Shown: in pieces, positions 7,857-15,187 of the stretch
How positions within the stretch are numbered: position 1 is the first letter of the stretch
Layout of the letters: every line of letters begins with the position of its first letter
Assembly (NCBI GenBank): GCA_034667685.1
Contig: JAXDQU010000072.1
Coordinates: 1-20,703 of the forward strand
Source of the DNA: Thermoplasmata archaeon
GTDB lineage: Archaea; Thermoplasmatota; SW-10-69-26; JACQPN01; JAJPHT01
DNA: 20,703 nt
Direction: 5' to 3'
Notes under the pieces: generated by a model
Told to the model about the DNA's origin: nothing
Databases searched by the model: none
The model's input: the letters and a program-made list of their open reading frames with translations, nothing else
Translations under genes and position numbers: made by a program

Positions 7857-8525
7857 ATGGCCCTCAAGGACGTCAAGCCCACCCGCTCGCAGCTCATCGA
7901 GCTGAAGAAGCGCATCGTGCTGTCCAAGAAGGGCTACAAGCTCCTCAAGATGAAGCGCGACGGCCTCATCATGGAGTTCTTCAAGATGCTCGAGGACGCG
8001 AAGAAGATCCGCGCCTCCGTCGGCGAGAACTACAAGAAGGGCCAGGAGGCCGTGCACGTCGCCGAGGCCGTCGAGGGCGCGCTGCCCATCAAGAGCGCCG
8101 CCCAGGCCGTCGTCAAGAGCCCGACGATCACGAGCACGAAGAAGAACGTCATGGGCGTCGTCGTCCCCTCGATCCAGGGCCAGCAGATCCGCACGCCCCT
8201 CCTGGAGCGCGGCTACGGCCTCATCGGCACCTCGCCCCGCATCGACGAGGCGGCGAACCGCTACGAGGCGCTCGTCGAGACCATCGTGAAGGCGGCCGAG
8301 ATCGAGACGTCGATGAAGAAGATGCTCGACGAGATCGAGAAGACGAAGCGCCGCGTCAACGCGCTGGAGTTCAAGGTCATCCCCGAGCTGGAGCAGGCGC
8401 GCGACTTCATCCGCCTGCGCCTGGAGGAGATGGAGCGCGAGAACGTGTTCCGCCTCAAGAAGATCAAGGGCAAGGCCGAGGCCGCCGAGGCCGCCGCCGA
8501 AGCGAAGCTCGCGGCCGCTCACTGA
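7857..8525 (+). CDS. atpD: A/V-type ATP synthase subunit D
   Basis: MALKDVKPTRSQLIELKKRI..GYKLLKMKRDGLI, NVMGVVVP, EIEKTKRRVNALEFKVIPEL..FIRLRLEEMERENVFRLKKIK. Confidence 0.97.
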   Translation: MALKDVKPTRSQLIELKKRIVLSKKGYKLLKMKRDGLIMEFFKMLEDAKKIRASVGENYKKGQEAVHVAEAVEGALPIKSAAQAVVKSPTITSTKKNVMGVVVPSIQGQQIRTPLLERGYGLIGTSPRIDEAANRYEALVETIVKAAEIETSMKKMLDEIEKTKRRVNALEFKVIPELEQARDFIRLRLEEMERENVFRLKKIKGKAEAAEAAAEAKLAAAH

Positions 8526-8896
8526 AACCAGTCGCGCACCTCGGTCCGCAGCAGGTACCAGATCACGACGGCGACCAGCGCGATGCCCGTGAGCCCGCGC
8601 GCGTCGCGCCGCGCGAGCCTGGCCACGTCCGCGACCGCGCTTGCCCCCACGAGCAGGATCGCCGCCAGCCACGCCCACCGCGCGCGGCGCAGGAGCCCGA
8701 TCCCCGTGCCCGCGACGAGGGCCGCCGCGGCGACCAGCGCGGGGATCACGAGCGGGCCGGGCAGGAGGAACGCCTGGGCGATGGCGTCCCGCCCGCCGGC
8801 CAGGGCGAACGCGCCCAGGAGCATGGCGCTGAGCGCGACGAAGAACGCGAGGTAGGCGAGGATGGTCACGCCCAGGGGGGCGCGCGGACGCTGCAC
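8519..8896 (-). CDS. Small membrane protein
   Basis: RAPLGVTILAYL..GIGLLRRARWAW..VVIWYLLRTEVRDWF; about 4 TM segments; convergent with atpD. Confidence 0.7.
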   Translation of the reverse strand: MQRPRAPLGVTILAYLAFFVALSAMLLGAFALAGGRDAIAQAFLLPGPLVIPALVAAAALVAGTGIGLLRRARWAWLAAILLVGASAVADVARLARRDARGLTGIALVAVVIWYLLRTEVRDWFQ

Positions 8897-8907
8897 AACG
8901 CATAGCG

Positions 8908-9543
8908 GTGGTCGGAAAGCTTGAAGGCCCCTGGAACGCCCTCGCGACCCGAGGCGCTCTGTTGGCGAACCCGGTCCGGACCCCGCCCCGATGGCCCGTC
9001 GCCCTGCTGGCGCTCTTCGCGGTCATCTCGGTCGTGAGCCTGGTCCAGGGCGTGGTCGACGTCGTGGTCCCGACGATCCACCAGGAGCGCCCGTTCGGCT
9101 TCCTCTTCGCCGCGACGGAGACGTTCGGCCCGGCGTTCTTCGCGCTCTACATCTTCGTGCACAACCTGGGCCTGGCGACGCTGGTCCCCGGCCTCGGCTT
9201 CTTCGCGGCGCGCTTCGAGCGCAACCCGAAGAACCGCGGCCTCATCGGCGCGCTGCTCACGGGCGCGGTCGTCTGCGCGCTCATCGTCGCGGCGCTCTAC
9301 ATGGCGCGCGCCCCGGAGCGCTTCGACCTGCGCGTCTCGATCCCGCTCTTCCTGGGCGAGGCGGTCAGCGTGCTCGCGCTCTCGATCAGCGCCTCGCTGG
9401 AGCTGCGCCGCTACGTGCCCACGCGCAAGATCGGCTGGAGCCTCGTCCATCCGTTCCGTACGCTCGTGGTCCCCGCGCTCGTGAGCGCCGCCCTCCTGGC
9501 GGTCCTGGCGGTCGTCGAGGCGCGCGCGGTGCTGGCGGGGTAG
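8908..9543 (+). CDS. Multi-pass membrane protein (possibly remote SpoIIM-like)
   Basis: About 5 hydrophobic helices; IFVHNLGLATL loosely resembles the IFxNN motif of SpoIIM-type proteins. The true start may be downstream (TTG 8962). Confidence 0.65.
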   Translation: MVGKLEGPWNALATRGALLANPVRTPPRWPVALLALFAVISVVSLVQGVVDVVVPTIHQERPFGFLFAATETFGPAFFALYIFVHNLGLATLVPGLGFFAARFERNPKNRGLIGALLTGAVVCALIVAALYMARAPERFDLRVSIPLFLGEAVSVLALSISASLELRRYVPTRKIGWSLVHPFRTLVVPALVSAALLAVLAVVEARAVLAG

Positions 9544-9614
9544 GCGCCGCCCGCCGGTTTCCCAGGGTTTGGCGTTTGCCCCTCGTCCCGAGTTCCCCCT
9601 CGCGGGGTGGAACG

Positions 9615-9628
9615 GAACGACCTTTATC
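9615..9628 (+). promoter_or_regulatory. Putative BRE/TATA promoter of the hydrolase gene
   Basis: GAACGACCTTTATC; TTTAT ends 24 nt before ATG 9652. Confidence 0.55.
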
Positions 9629-9651
9629 CCAAGACGCCCCAGTGGGGACAG

Positions 9652-10599
9652 ATGAAGGACTGGGCAGCCTGGCAGGACACCAAGGCACTCAGCTTCCTGC
9701 ATGCTCGCGTCCGCCAGATCCTGCGCAGCCGGGGCGTCGAGGACGAGTTCGTCGACTTCCAGGGCAGCCCGGTCCACTACTACGCCGCGGGCCCCCAGGA
9801 CGCCGACCGCACCGTGGTGCTGCTGCACGGCCTGGGCGACAGCGCGAACAACTGGTTCCGCACGCTCCCTCTGCTCGCGTGGCGCGGCGACCGCGTCCTC
9901 GCCATCGACCTCGCGGGGCACGGCTACACGCCCCCGCCCGACGAGCGCGGCTATCTTTCCATCCGCCAGAACGCGGAGCTGGTCAAGCACGTCGTCAAGC
10001 ACGCCCGCGCCGGGAGCGACCTCGCCATCGTGGGCCACAGCCTGGGCGGATGGGTCGCCGTCCGCGCGCACCTCACGGGCCTCGACGCGAGCCGCATGGT
10101 GCTCGTGGAGTCCGCCGGCCTCGTGCACGAGGGCATGTGGGACATGATCGAGATGCTGCGCATCGAGAAGGAGGCCGACGTGCGTCGCTTCTTCGGCACG
10201 GTCATGCACAAGACGCCCTTCGCGCTGGGCCTCATGTCGCGCGAAGTGGCGAGCATGTTCCGCTCGCCGGCCGTGGTCAACTTCATCGGCGCCAACAACC
10301 GCGAGGACATCATCTGGGACGAGGAGCTGGCCAACGTCCGCGCGCAGACGCACATCCTCTGGGGCGAGGACGACGGCCTGATCCCGCCGATCCTCGCGCA
10401 CCGCTGGCACGCCGGCATCCCGCGCAGCAGCCTCAAGTGGATCCCACGCTGCGGCCACGCGCCCCAGTTCGAGCGCCCGGTGCTCTTCGAGAAGATGCTC
10501 GAGGCGGCGCTGGGCCACCCGCCGCTCCAGGATGCGGTCCGCTCGCGCGTCGCGAGCCACCTGCCGCCGTGGCTGGGTAGGCGCGTCAGCAAGGCCTGA
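9652..10599 (+). CDS. Alpha/beta-fold hydrolase
   Basis: VVLLHGLGDS, AIDLAGHG, nucleophile elbow GHSLGG, ILWGEDD, CGHAPQFE (Ser-Asp-His triad). ATG 9652 chosen from TATA spacing. Confidence 0.92.
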   Translation: MKDWAAWQDTKALSFLHARVRQILRSRGVEDEFVDFQGSPVHYYAAGPQDADRTVVLLHGLGDSANNWFRTLPLLAWRGDRVLAIDLAGHGYTPPPDERGYLSIRQNAELVKHVVKHARAGSDLAIVGHSLGGWVAVRAHLTGLDASRMVLVESAGLVHEGMWDMIEMLRIEKEADVRRFFGTVMHKTPFALGLMSREVASMFRSPAVVNFIGANNREDIIWDEELANVRAQTHILWGEDDGLIPPILAHRWHAGIPRSSLKWIPRCGHAPQFERPVLFEKMLEAALGHPPLQDAVRSRVASHLPPWLGRRVSKA

Positions 10600-10610
10600 A
10601 GCATTCAAAT
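10598..10610 (+). promoter_or_regulatory. Putative TATA promoter of the wHTH-ATPase gene
   Basis: GAAGCATTCAAAT ends 26 nt before ATG 10637. Confidence 0.5.
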
Positions 10611-10636
10611 CCCCCCGCGCGGGTGCAAGCCGCGGC

Positions 10637-12013
10637 ATGAGCCTGACCCTGTCGCGCCGCGTCGTCGCGCACCTCGCCGTCCACCCCGTGCCGGAGGGCG
10701 CGGGCAGCGTGCCGCGCGAGGTCACGCAGGACGGCATCGCGGAGTCGCTGGGCGTCCAGGTCGCGCACGTCTCCCGCGCGCTCAAGGGGCTCGTCGCCGA
10801 AGGGCTCGTGCACGCCTACCTCGCGCATCCGAAGGGCGCCCGGCGCCGCAGCCGCGCGCACGTGCTCACCGACGCCGGCTACGCGCTGGCGCGCTCGCTG
10901 CCCAAGGAGCCGCCCGCCACCGTGACGCGCCGCGCGCCCGCGCAGGTCCCCGCGCCGCGCGTGCCCGCCGGCCGCGAGCGCGCGTTCGAGGAGCTCGTCG
11001 CGCTCTACGACTCCGCGCTCAAGGAAGGCCCGCGCATCGGTCTCGTCGAGGGCGCGGCCGGCATGGGCAAGTCGCGCCTCTTGGCCGCCTTCGCCGCGGA
11101 GGCCCAGCGCCGCGGCGCGCGTGTGCTATCAGGCGCCTCGGTCCCGGTGGGCGGCGAGCAGTGGCTCGGCCCGCTCGCGGCCGCGCTCGCGCCGCTCGGG
11201 CTCGACGCCCGCCTCCGCGCGCGCCCCGGCGGAACGCCCCGCGAGCGCGCGATGGAGGCCGCGCGCGAGACGGTCCTCGTGGGCGCGCAGTCCGCGCCGC
11301 TCGTGGTGCTGCTCGACGACCTGCATCACGCGGGCCCGGGCGCCGTCGAGTTCCTGCACGGCCTCTTCCTCGCGCTCCCGCAGGGCACGCGCGCGCTGTT
11401 CGTCGCCGCGTTCCGCCGCGAGGAGGCGTGGGCGCTTCCCAACGGTCCGCTCTACACCGCGCTCATGCCGGTGCGCGACCTCCCGCGCGCGAAGCTCGTC
11501 ACGCTCGGGCCGCTCGACGCGATGGCCGTCGGGTCGCTCCTGGAGGAGGCGGGCGTGCACATCCTGGGCGACAAGCGGCTCCCCGGGGACGTCGTGTCGC
11601 GCGTCTGGCGCGAGAGCGCGGGCAACCCCGCCTACGCGCTGGCGATGGGCGCGGAGCTGGCCGACGGCGTCGACGAGGAGGACTTCTTCCCCGCGAGCGT
11701 GCGGGCCGCGGCGCGCGAGAAAATCGCGAGCCTCGACGAGCGCCAGCTTGGCGTGCTCCAGCTCGCGGCCGTCGCGGGCGCCGAGTTCCCCTATCCCGTC
11801 CTCGCGCGCGCCCACGAGGGCAAGGAGGACGAGCTCGTCGCGGTCCTCGACCACCTGCTCGACAAGCTGTTCCTGGAGGAGTCGGCGGGCGGCGGGGGCG
11901 AGCTCGTGCTGCGCTTCGAGCACCCGAAGCTCCGCGAGGCCGTGCTCGGCGACCTGACCGCGAACCGCCGCCGCTGGCTCGAAGCGCGCGTCGCAGCCGC
12001 CCACGCGGCTTAA
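10637..12013 (+). CDS. Winged-helix DNA-binding domain fused to a STAND-type (AAA_16-like) ATPase
   Basis: TQDGIAESLGVQVAHVSRALKGLVAEGLV..LTDAG (wHTH); GRERAFEEL; Walker A GAAGMGKS; Walker B VVLLDDLH; SAGNPAY; FEHPKLRE. Confidence 0.88.
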   Translation: MSLTLSRRVVAHLAVHPVPEGAGSVPREVTQDGIAESLGVQVAHVSRALKGLVAEGLVHAYLAHPKGARRRSRAHVLTDAGYALARSLPKEPPATVTRRAPAQVPAPRVPAGRERAFEELVALYDSALKEGPRIGLVEGAAGMGKSRLLAAFAAEAQRRGARVLSGASVPVGGEQWLGPLAAALAPLGLDARLRARPGGTPRERAMEAARETVLVGAQSAPLVVLLDDLHHAGPGAVEFLHGLFLALPQGTRALFVAAFRREEAWALPNGPLYTALMPVRDLPRAKLVTLGPLDAMAVGSLLEEAGVHILGDKRLPGDVVSRVWRESAGNPAYALAMGAELADGVDEEDFFPASVRAAAREKIASLDERQLGVLQLAAVAGAEFPYPVLARAHEGKEDELVAVLDHLLDKLFLEESAGGGGELVLRFEHPKLREAVLGDLTANRRRWLEARVAAAHAA

Positions 12014-12015
12014 GT
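12009..12015 (+). promoter_or_regulatory. Putative TATA box (CTTAAGT) overlapping the upstream TAA stop
   Basis: TTAA ends 24 nt before GTG 12038. Confidence 0.5.
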
Positions 12016-12037
12016 GGGGTCCCCGCGCTGCCGCCTT

Positions 12038-12802
12038 GTGGCGCCGCGACGATGGCTCCTGCTCATCCTCGCCATCCTCTCGCTGGTCCTGCTGGTGGGC
12101 GGCGTGCTCTCGCTCGCGTTCTCCACGACGCTCTCGGGCCCAGCGGCCGACGCCGCGCGCCTGCCCGGCGAGGCCGAACCCCACGGCGGCGAGCGCGTCT
12201 TCGCGCTGCCGATCCAGGACGTCACGCAGGTGCCCACCGTCGTCTCGGGCGGGAACGACACGATCCTCATGCGGCCCGGCGCGCTGCTCGTCGTCGCCGA
12301 CGCGCCCGTCGAGTTCCCTTCCAGCGCGGCCAACGTGAGCGTCGTGCGCGCGCTCGCGTACGTCTCGCCGGGCGCCAACGGGAGCTATCCCTCGCCCACG
12401 CTCCAGCTTGCGAACCTCACCGCGGTGAGCGGGGGCAACCTCACCACGTTCAACGCCAGCGTCGAGGTCACGCCGCTCGCGCTGGGCAAGGCCGGCTTCA
12501 TCGTGAAGGCCGACACGGCGGACGGCTCCGCGATCCGCTTCGTGGCGCAGGAGCGCGTGCTGGGCCAAGCCGCGTTGTACGTCGAGCCCCCGCAGCTCCT
12601 CTGGCTGATCGTGCTGAGCGCCGCGGGCTTCCTCGCGCCCATCGGCTGGCTCATCCTCACGCATCGCCCCAGCGGCACGCGCGGCATCCCGGGCGGCGTC
12701 TCGGGCGTGACCAACGCCTGCCCCGAGTGCCGCGCGCCCCTCGCGCCGGGGAGCGACTTCTGCACGCGCTGCGGCGCCTGGCTCAAGGAGGCCAAGCCGT
12801 GA
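12038..12802 (+). CDS. Membrane protein with extracellular domain and C-terminal zinc ribbon
   Basis: N-terminal TM, N-x-S/T-rich loop (NDT, NVS, NGS, NLT, NAS), second TM, then CPECRAPLAPGSDFCTRCG. Confidence 0.8.
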   Translation: MAPRRWLLLILAILSLVLLVGGVLSLAFSTTLSGPAADAARLPGEAEPHGGERVFALPIQDVTQVPTVVSGGNDTILMRPGALLVVADAPVEFPSSAANVSVVRALAYVSPGANGSYPSPTLQLANLTAVSGGNLTTFNASVEVTPLALGKAGFIVKADTADGSAIRFVAQERVLGQAALYVEPPQLLWLIVLSAAGFLAPIGWLILTHRPSGTRGIPGGVSGVTNACPECRAPLAPGSDFCTRCGAWLKEAKP

Positions 12803-12951
12803 GCGAGGTCGCGTGCGCCGTCTGCGGCATGGCCTTCGAGGAGGAGGGTGCGCTGGAGCTTGGCGCGATCCGGCTCGTCCGCGGCGGCAAGACGTTCTGG
12901 TTCTGCTCGCCGCCCTGCGAGAAAGAATTCCTGGCGAAGCACGACGGCTAG
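12799..12951 (+). CDS. Small YHS/TRASH metal-binding protein (50 aa)
   Basis: VSEVACAVCGM...GKTFWFCSPPCEKEF; GTGA start/stop overlap and AAGGAGG SD at 12785-12791. Visible only as the tail of the 11161 ORF in the track. Confidence 0.85.
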   Translation: MSEVACAVCGMAFEEEGALELGAIRLVRGGKTFWFCSPPCEKEFLAKHDG

Positions 12952-12954
12952 GTC

Positions 12955-13482
12955 CTACTCCGCCGTCTCGCGCTCGTGGGGCCGCGCGCCCGCGTCGGTG
13001 AGGAAGCGCCGCAGGTGCGCGAGGTAGGCGTCCGCCCGCGCGTGCGACCAGGCGTCGAGCGCGAGCAGGAGCGCGCCTTCGAGCGCGAGCGCGGCGCCCA
13101 CGGCGACCCAGGCCGCGGCGTCGCGGCGCGCGAGGGCCACGGCGGCGCCCACGACGAGCACGAGGACGTCGAAGCCCGCGGCGTAGCGCAGCGTGGCGCG
13201 CGCGTGGTGCATGCGGGCAAGCTCCGCCGCCTGATATCGTCCCGGGTCCTGGGCGAGCTGCACGGAGAGCGCGTCGCGGCGGCGCGCGGCGCCCGCGTAG
13301 TGCGAGAGCGCGCCGGCGAGCTGGAACGCGCCCACCACGAGCAGCGGCGCGCCCGCCCAGCGGTACGGGCTCCCCACGCGCCAGAGCCACGCGGCCGCGA
13401 CGATGCCCGCGAGCCCCAGGAGCATCGCCACCGTCGCCTCGCGCCGCTCGCCGCGCAGGTAGGTCCGCATCTCTTCGCGCAC
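12955..13482 (-). CDS. Hypothetical membrane protein
   Basis: About 4 TM segments; E..RM...and D..SHARADAY pattern. The start may be ATG 13470. Confidence 0.75.
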   Translation of the reverse strand: MREEMRTYLRGERREATVAMLLGLAGIVAAAWLWRVGSPYRWAGAPLLVVGAFQLAGALSHYAGAARRRDALSVQLAQDPGRYQAAELARMHHARATLRYAAGFDVLVLVVGAAVALARRDAAAWVAVGAALALEGALLLALDAWSHARADAYLAHLRRFLTDAGARPHERETAE

Positions 13483-13512
13483 GGGGCGCCATCCGCGCGG
13501 GGACGCATGGCT

Positions 13513-14709
13513 CTATGCGCGCGACTGGACGACGAACCGGCACGCCGCGTGGCCTTGGCTCCGGCACGCGACCTCGGCGCCCAGCGCGGGGCGGCCCGTC
13601 GCGGCGCCCACGACGCCTTCGAGATAGCCCAGCGCGAGGTGGCACGTGGGCTGCGCGCTCTCCGCGACGACCTCCAGGAGGTCCGCGCCGGTGAACGTGT
13701 AGCGCGCCCCGGCCTGCTCCACGAGGCGCACGTCGCCCCCGCCGAGCGTGCGGAACGCGTCGAGGTAGGCGCCCAGCTCGCGCGGGCCCTCCTCGTTGGC
13801 GCGCGTCACGAGGCGCTTGCCTAGCTCGCGCGTGCGCGTCACGTTGGTCGAGGCCTCGGCGACGTCCCGCAGCAGGAGCCGGACGAGCGTGCGGCTCACG
13901 AGCTGGCTCCGCGCCTCCTCCTCGGCGCGCTTGCGTTCGGTGATGTCGAGCATCTGCGTGATGTAGAGGCGCGGCTTCCCCGCCTCGTCGCGCATCACGC
14001 TGCTCGTGACGTGCCCCCACACGGCGTGGCCGTCCTTGTGGCGATATCGTTTCTCGAAGCGCAGCGTGGGCGTGCGCGACGTGACGAAGTCGTGGCCCGC
14101 GTCGTAGATCGGCTTCTCGTCCTCGGGGAACGTCAGCTTGAGGTAGCTCGCCCCGACGAGCTCCTCCTCGGCGTAGCCCACCATCGCGCAGAAGACGTGG
14201 TTGACGCGGACGTAGGCGCCCTGCGCGTCGAAGATCGCCATGCCCATCGCGGCCTCGTCGAACGCGCGCCGGAAGAGCTCCTCCGTGTCGTGGCGGGACG
14301 CGGCCTCCCGCTTCGCCGCGGTGAGGTCGTGCGCGAAGCTCATGATGAGCAGGCCGGGCGCTTCGGAGAGGTGGACGCTGGAGAGCATCACCGGGATGCG
14401 GCGGCCGTCCTTCGCCACGAGGACCGTCTCGTAGCGCTCGTGGACGGGCACCGTGACGCCCCGCTCCAGGTAGCGCTGCCTGACTTTCGGAAGCTCCTCG
14501 GGCGCCACGAGCGAAAGCATGCTCGGCAGCGCCTGGAGCTCGGCGAGCGTGTAGCCCACGAGGTCGAGGTAGGCCTGGTTGGCGTGGAGCAGCTTGGCCC
14601 CGTCGAGCACCAGCCCTCCCTCTCCCAGGGGGCTCAGCGCGTCGACGAGCCGAATGACCGTGGGCGCGTCCAGCGCCGGGCCTGGGGCTGGGGGCCTGTC
14701 GCTCACCAC
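13513..14709 (-). CDS. PAS-PAS-V4R sensor protein
   Basis: Two PAS/PAC domains (ANQAYLDLVGY..KDGRRIPV; VNHVFCAMVGY..EKRYRHKDG..DITERK) and a V4R-type tail PTCHLALGYLEG..EVACRSQGHAACRF. Confidence 0.88.
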   Translation of the reverse strand: MVSDRPPAPGPALDAPTVIRLVDALSPLGEGGLVLDGAKLLHANQAYLDLVGYTLAELQALPSMLSLVAPEELPKVRQRYLERGVTVPVHERYETVLVAKDGRRIPVMLSSVHLSEAPGLLIMSFAHDLTAAKREAASRHDTEELFRRAFDEAAMGMAIFDAQGAYVRVNHVFCAMVGYAEEELVGASYLKLTFPEDEKPIYDAGHDFVTSRTPTLRFEKRYRHKDGHAVWGHVTSSVMRDEAGKPRLYITQMLDITERKRAEEEARSQLVSRTLVRLLLRDVAEASTNVTRTRELGKRLVTRANEEGPRELGAYLDAFRTLGGGDVRLVEQAGARYTFTGADLLEVVAESAQPTCHLALGYLEGVVGAATGRPALGAEVACRSQGHAACRFVVQSRA

Positions 14710-14730
14710 GGGAGGTTTCGGCGCTTCTTG

Positions 14731-14738
14731 ACTTAATG
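14731..14738 (-). promoter_or_regulatory. Putative TATA box of the PAS-V4R gene
   Basis: Minus-strand CATTAAGT; TTAA lies 23 nt before GTG 14709. Confidence 0.5.
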
Positions 14739-14768
14739 GCCACTGGAAGGTCGCTGGGCTCGGTGGAC

Positions 14769-14938
14769 CTATTCCTGGAACTTGGCGAGGATGGCGTCGT
14801 AGACGCTGCGCTCGTCGCCAGAAGCTTTGCTCTGGAGCCTCTTCAGGATCAGCTCGGGCGTCGAACGGGCCCGGTAGTTCATCCTCGGGCTGCGGTCAAC
14901 GATCAGGTTCAGATGCTCGTCGAGCCCGCGCGCCTCGA
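14769..14938 (-). pseudogene. Duplicated 3' end of the mutS-like gene (possibly expressed as an 80-aa ORF, 14769-15011)
   Basis: Encodes EARGLDEHLNLIVDRSPRMNYRARSTPELILKRLQSKASGDERSVYDAILAKF, identical to the MutS C-terminus, then QE* instead of GAS*. Confidence 0.85.
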
Positions 14939-15187
14939 CACGGCCGGATCGCCTTCGGCGACCGCTCGCTTCGCTCGCTCCCGGCCTATCGAGGCGCGCG
15001 ACGACGAGCATCGTTCAGGAGGCGCCGAACTTCGCGAGGATGGCATCATAGACGCTCCGCTCGTCGCCGGAAGCCTTGCTCTGGAGCCTCTTCAGGATCA
15101 GCTCGGGCGTCGAACGGGCGCGGTAGTTCATCCTCGGGCTGCGGTCAACGATCAGGTTCAGATGCTCGTCGAGCCCGCGCGCCTCGA
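14778..15187. repeat. 161-bp direct repeat pair (14778-14938 and 15027-15187), period 249 bp
   Basis: Manual alignment gives 154/161 identity, no indels. Confidence 0.95.
14912..15012. repeat. 101-nt branched hairpin at the duplication junction
   Basis: 14912-14922 pairs with 15002-15012 (11 bp); 14927-14938 with 14989-15000 (12 bp); GGCCGG 14942-14947 with CCGGCC 14981-14986; inner TCGCC-TTC-GGCGA. Confidence 0.85.

Noticed and set aside
9590-9615. GAGTTCCCCCTCGCGGGGTGGAACGG resembling a type I-E CRISPR repeat
   Set aside because: Single, shorter copy with no spacers or cas genes; more likely an ordinary hairpin.
11129-14743. 1204-aa minus-strand ORF (also 6474-9026, 8866-10785, 6878-8905 and similar)
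   Set aside because: Arg/Ala/Gly/Pro-rich off-frame translations overlapping well-supported genes.
14907-15017. Canonical integron attC site
   Set aside because: The GTTCAG flanks are direct repeats and do not fit the RYYYAAC...GTTRRRY arrangement; no integrase or cassette array.
14778-15187. DGR template/variable repeat pair
   Set aside because: The differences are not adenine-specific, all are synonymous, and no reverse transcriptase is present in the window.
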